A program made the position numbers and the translations under genes. A DNA stretch of 50,810 bases from Candidatus Parcubacteria bacterium (GTDB taxonomy: Bacteria > Patescibacteriota > Minisyncoccia > JAHIHE01 > JAGLIN01), in NCBI GenBank assembly GCA_023140775.1, contig JAGLLA010000012.1, positions 1 to 50,810 of the forward strand, written 5' to 3'. Positions 47,142-50,810 of this stretch are shown piece after piece. How positions within the stretch are numbered: the stretch's first letter is position 1; every line of letters begins with the position of its first letter. Under the pieces are notes generated by a model. That model had not been told where the DNA came from and searched no databases. It saw only the letters and a list, made by a program, of their open reading frames with translations.

Positions 47142-47663
47142 TTACTGAGACATGTTGATTACATCTTTTATTGATCCGTTGGAAATATAATATAACCTTC
47201 CTTCTTGATCCTTCAACACTGTTGAACGCATTGTGATTCTAACAACGTTTCCCTCCGAGCTTCCAATTTTCACCTTGTCGCCAATGCCATATTGATTTTC
47301 AACTAGAATGAAAAGTCCAGAAACAAAATCCTTGACCAAGGTCTGTGCGCCAAAACCGACAGCCAGTCCAATGACGCCGGCTCCTGCCAAGATTGGTCTG
47401 GTATCAATACCAAACATATTCAAAACCACGAACAAAATAGTTGCATAAATAATGATATTTCCAATTGAGATGACAACATGTCCCAGAGTCTCCACTCTTT
47501 TTTCTTTTTGAGAGATATGATCCTGGTCGCCATCATCAACCACCTTTGCCATTCTTCTGACGATTAATTTCAAAATCGTTTTACCCAAAAAGAACAAAAT
47601 GAAGATCCAGATAATATCGACGGCATTTTGTTCGATAAGGTTAATAATAAATTCTTTTGTCAT
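47142..47663 (-). CDS. Small MscS-family mechanosensitive channel
   Basis: GVIGLAVGFGAQTLVKDFVSGLFILVENQYGIGDKVKI. Confidence 0.7.
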   Translation of the reverse strand: MTKEFIINLIEQNAVDIIWIFILFFLGKTILKLIVRRMAKVVDDGDQDHISQKEKRVETLGHVVISIGNIIIYATILFVVLNMFGIDTRPILAGAGVIGLAVGFGAQTLVKDFVSGLFILVENQYGIGDKVKIGSSEGNVVRITMRSTVLKDQEGRLYYISNGSIKDVINMSQ

Positions 47664-47682
47664 AAGTATAATTTAATAATTA

Positions 47683-48588
47683 TTATTTTGAGAAATAATC
47701 TTTTCCATTCATAATTTCCAAAGGTAAGTTTGGAACTGGACCATTCAAATAGCCTTTCAAATCTTTTGATTGTCTTCTTAATTTTTCTTCATAACCTAAC
47801 ACAATTAGTGTACTACCGCTGGCAAGTTCTAAATCATTACACAATTTTCCCTCTCGATAGACTCTGATATCCCCCAACGGACCAGACCGGTCATCAACAT
47901 AATTGCTATTAAACTTCCACACATCAAGCATTTTATCCCCATCCAATGACCATATGAATACAATAATATATGCCGAATTATCATAATATTTATCAGTAGA
48001 GATTATATTTTTTATATAATCTCCCAACTTCTTCTGGGAAAAACCTTTATACGATTTCTTGGCATCAGCATCTGGCCAAACGATGATTTGAAGATCATCA
48101 ATAAAGTAGTTCAAATTTTTATAATACGAGTGATTTGGTTTATATTCAAACTCAAGACTGGGAGATTGTCCCTGATCCCAAATGCTCATAAACAATTGTT
48201 TTTGGTTATTAGCAAACTTCTTGTCTTCAATTATTAACAACTCATCTTTATTATAGATTGCAATTGTTTCATCAAATATTAAAATTTCGTTTTCTATAGA
48301 AAAAATATCTTTTTGTATATAACGGAATGTCATTACCTTGTTCACAAACTCATCATTATCACTAAATTTTGGCAAAGTAGGTATGTTTGTAATTTGCTTT
48401 ACATTTATTTTGTTTTTTAGAAAACTCTTTCTTAGCTTTTCTGCTTTTGTATCTTCAAAAAGATCAGACAACGATCCTTTTTCAAATATAAACACCTCTC
48501 CACTTTTCGCCATTGAAGATTTCAGAGAAATTTGGTATAAATCGCTATTTGTGGCTTTTTTAAGTTTTTCTGTAAATTTGGTGATCAT
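47683..48588 (-). CDS. Hypothetical protein
   Basis: 301-aa ORF, no recognised motif. Confidence 0.4.
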   Translation of the reverse strand: MITKFTEKLKKATNSDLYQISLKSSMAKSGEVFIFEKGSLSDLFEDTKAEKLRKSFLKNKINVKQITNIPTLPKFSDNDEFVNKVMTFRYIQKDIFSIENEILIFDETIAIYNKDELLIIEDKKFANNQKQLFMSIWDQGQSPSLEFEYKPNHSYYKNLNYFIDDLQIIVWPDADAKKSYKGFSQKKLGDYIKNIISTDKYYDNSAYIIVFIWSLDGDKMLDVWKFNSNYVDDRSGPLGDIRVYREGKLCNDLELASGSTLIVLGYEEKLRRQSKDLKGYLNGPVPNLPLEIMNGKDYFSK

Positions 48589-48740
48589 ATCATTAAAATT
48601 ATCAATAACTTGCTATATATTCATCATAACCATAGCTTTATTATACTATTTTATGACAAATACACAAATGATTGTATTTGTCGATAATCTAAATCTTCTA
48701 TATACTAACTATAGATTTAAATAATGTATAATTTATAATT

Positions 48741-49547
48741 ATGAATATCTTAGATAAAATCGAAACATTCAAAATTGCCAGCAAAGATAATGCCAAAATA
48801 AAAGAGTTGAGAAAACTGGGACAAAAAAAATACCGCAATGAAAGTGGAAAATTTTTGGTGGAAAATGCAATTATCGTGCATGATGCGACAAAAGCGGGAA
48901 TTGTTTTTGAAGCAATATTTGTGACCACAGAATTCACGAGAAAGAACAAGGAGCTGCTTGACCTTATCATTAATGAAAGCGGAGTCAAAAAATACTACCT
49001 CATTGATGAAAGAATCAACAAATCGTTTTCCGCGCTGGATACAGCATCAGGCATCGTGGCGGTCTATGCCAAAGTTGAAAATCAGATTGATCTTACAGGA
49101 CCCATTGTCTATCTGAACGCAATCAATGACCCTGGAAATCTGGGCACAATCTTGCGATCAGCCCTCGCCTTTGACTTGAAAAATATTGTCATCGATGAAA
49201 ACTGCGCTGATGCTTATAACCCCAAAACGATTAGTGCCAGCAAAGATGCAATTTTCAAATTGAATATCGAATTTGACCAAGACTTGAAAATCCTAAAAAA
49301 AATCAAGAAAAAAATGCCAATTTTTTCAACAAGACTTGAAAGATCAAAAGGTCTGGAGATTTTGAAAGATCAAAAACAATTTTGTATTGTTTTTGGAAAC
49401 GAAACGCACGGAGTGAAAAAAGAAATTCAAGAAATGAGCAACGCTTTTGTCAAAATTCCAATGAGCAACGAAATCGAATCCCTCAATGTCGCCGTCAGCG
49501 CTGGCATTATCTTTTGCGAGATTTATTCACAAATAATTAAAACTTAA
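48741..49547 (+). CDS. SpoU/TrmH-family RNA 2'-O-methyltransferase
   Basis: DPGNLGTILRSA, VFGNETHGV, IPMSNEIESLNVAVSAGIIF. Confidence 0.8.
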   Translation: MNILDKIETFKIASKDNAKIKELRKLGQKKYRNESGKFLVENAIIVHDATKAGIVFEAIFVTTEFTRKNKELLDLIINESGVKKYYLIDERINKSFSALDTASGIVAVYAKVENQIDLTGPIVYLNAINDPGNLGTILRSALAFDLKNIVIDENCADAYNPKTISASKDAIFKLNIEFDQDLKILKKIKKKMPIFSTRLERSKGLEILKDQKQFCIVFGNETHGVKKEIQEMSNAFVKIPMSNEIESLNVAVSAGIIFCEIYSQIIKT

Positions 49548-49553
49548 AAACAT

Positions 49554-50075
49554 TTATTTTGTCTTACTTAAAACATAGTTAATAAATTCAATTTTTCTTC
49601 GATAATATTCTCTAGTACTCATACCGCTACAATATTCTTTGAGTTGTTCGTATTTTTCCAGAACCTCTTGATGCTCCTTGAGATATTTCTCAAACTTTAC
49701 CCCATCCAACCATCCAGAGCACTTATTATTTATTAAAAAAACATCAATACGTTTTTCATCTACAGAAGTTACAAAGCGTGCTCTTTCAAGAGGATAATGA
49801 CTTTTAGGTTTCCCAAATAACTTTGTTAATGGAAAAATATAATCATTGAAAGTTTCTGGTTGTACTGGAATATAAACGTCGATTTCATCCTGACCAGATA
49901 TTTTAAGACTTGTAGCACCACGATGCTCGACCAATACTGATCTTCCTAATTTAGATTGTATGATTTGTCTCACTTGTTCAAATTTTTCCTCACAACTTGA
50001 ATCAAAGGGAATAATCTTTATTTTCGATTCACTTGAAAGATGTGCTATCCACTTCTCTTGATCTTTTTTTAACAT
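49554..50075 (-). CDS. GrpB-family protein
   Basis: VEHRGATSLKISGQDEIDVYI and a size of about 170 aa resemble GrpB nucleotidyltransferase-fold proteins. Confidence 0.55.
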   Translation of the reverse strand: MLKKDQEKWIAHLSSESKIKIIPFDSSCEEKFEQVRQIIQSKLGRSVLVEHRGATSLKISGQDEIDVYIPVQPETFNDYIFPLTKLFGKPKSHYPLERARFVTSVDEKRIDVFLINNKCSGWLDGVKFEKYLKEHQEVLEKYEQLKEYCSGMSTREYYRRKIEFINYVLSKTK

Positions 50076-50147
50076 CCATTTAAATTTATTATAAAAAAAG
50101 TTTTATAGAGCTATTTTGTTAATAAGCAAATTAACGATAGCACGACT

Positions 50148-50171
50148 TGGCGGAGAGGGAGGGATTTGAAT
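50148..50171 (-). other. Orphan tRNA 3'-end-like fragment (T-loop half, acceptor strand and CCA)
   Basis: Minus strand reads ATTCAAATCCCTCCCTCTCCGCCA. No matching 5' acceptor strand or D/anticodon arms could be folded upstream. Confidence 0.4.
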
Positions 50172-50195
50172 GTCCTCGTGATGACACTAGGATGT

Positions 50196-50810
50196 TTATT
50201 TATTTAGAACAAGCCAATCTCCCTCGGATATAACTTCGACTTTTCCATCAATAACCTTAAAAGCAGACTGATCATCCATGGCATAAATAATTTCAGATAT
50301 ATCTTTCGTTAACTTCGCAATAAAATCTTTCCTAATATTTGGAAACCACTCTGCATTAAGATGTGGTATGAAATAAAAATCAACATAATTTAATCCGTCC
50401 ATCTCTTCTGTTTTATCTAAGTCCTCACCGTAAAGTACTTGTGATATTTTAAGCGCTAAATCTTTATTAGTTACCATACTGCCCGCACTCACGCCAACAT
50501 ACACTTTATCCTTAAGTAATTCTGGTAATAATTCAGTAAATTTTGATTTATTTAGCCATTTCATCAGATGATAAGTATTACCACCTTCAAAAAATAGAAC
50601 ATCAGCATTTTTTATTTTTGGTTCCCAAATTGCTCTATCAACTGCCGAAATATCAGCAATGTCAATCTCAGAAAAGTTTCTTTTCTGTAAATTTATAAGA
50701 TCATTGATAAACCAGCTTTTATCACCAATTTCGACATTAGAAGCAGTAGGAATAAAAACAAGCTTAGTATTTTCTGGTTTTTTACCTAATGAAGCTCCCC
50801 GCCGCAAGCG
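50196..50810 (-). CDS. Peptidase S51 (dipeptidase E)-like protein; start may lie beyond the window
   Basis: LVFIPTAS, FFEGGNTYHL, VYVGVSAGSM (nucleophile Ser elbow). The track start is a TTG 3 nt from the window edge. Confidence 0.6.
   Translation of the reverse strand, partial: RLRRGASLGKKPENTKLVFIPTASNVEIGDKSWFINDLINLQKRNFSEIDIADISAVDRAIWEPKIKNADVLFFEGGNTYHLMKWLNKSKFTELLPELLKDKVYVGVSAGSMVTNKDLALKISQVLYGEDLDKTEEMDGLNYVDFYFIPHLNAEWFPNIRKDFIAKLTKDISEIIYAMDDQSAFKVIDGKVEVISEGDWLVLNK

Noticed and set aside
1-50810. Alternative genetic code (UGA recoding as in some CPR lineages)
   Set aside because: Housekeeping ORFs (dnaX, recQ, pepF, efp) are full length under the standard code, and several end in TGA-free contexts. 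Recoding is not needed.

Overview
Visibly AT-rich, gene-dense bacterial window. Small genes and sparse metabolism suggest a Patescibacteria/CPR-like genome (inference). The standard genetic code fits, since long ORFs are not broken by TGA. Layout: (1) 1-3.4 kb holds a truncated DUF2339 membrane gene and three short co-oriented genes, separated by four copies of a ~130-bp junction repeat; the fourth copy is cut off at 3399. (2) 3.4-15 kb is a phage-derived module: LexA/CI-like S24 repressor with a divergent operator region, DUF2188, ParB-methyltransferase plus a second methyltransferase, small and large terminase, and a large serine recombinase. I recognise no capsid, portal or tail genes. (3) 15.2-25.8 kb is a minus-strand defence island: a PHP-ATPase fusion (Ppl-like) in a three-gene operon, an Mrr-type endonuclease, an Rx4H (HEPN-like) protein, a multi-zinc-ribbon protein and a 1578-aa SF1 helicase/Vsr-like nuclease (Hhe-like). 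Two decayed methyltransferase-type C-terminal tails sit between these genes. (4) 26.0-26.5 kb holds tRNA-Gln(UUG) with a 380-bp GIY-YIG cassette at its 5' end, flanked by a 26-nt direct repeat of the tRNA 5' part. (5) 26.6-50.8 kb is mostly housekeeping (dnaX, efp, dus, recQ, pepF, rubrerythrin, TrmH-type methylase and others), interspersed with MITE-like and palindromic repeats. No CRISPR array or rRNA was seen. All family assignments come from motif recognition by eye; no searches were run.
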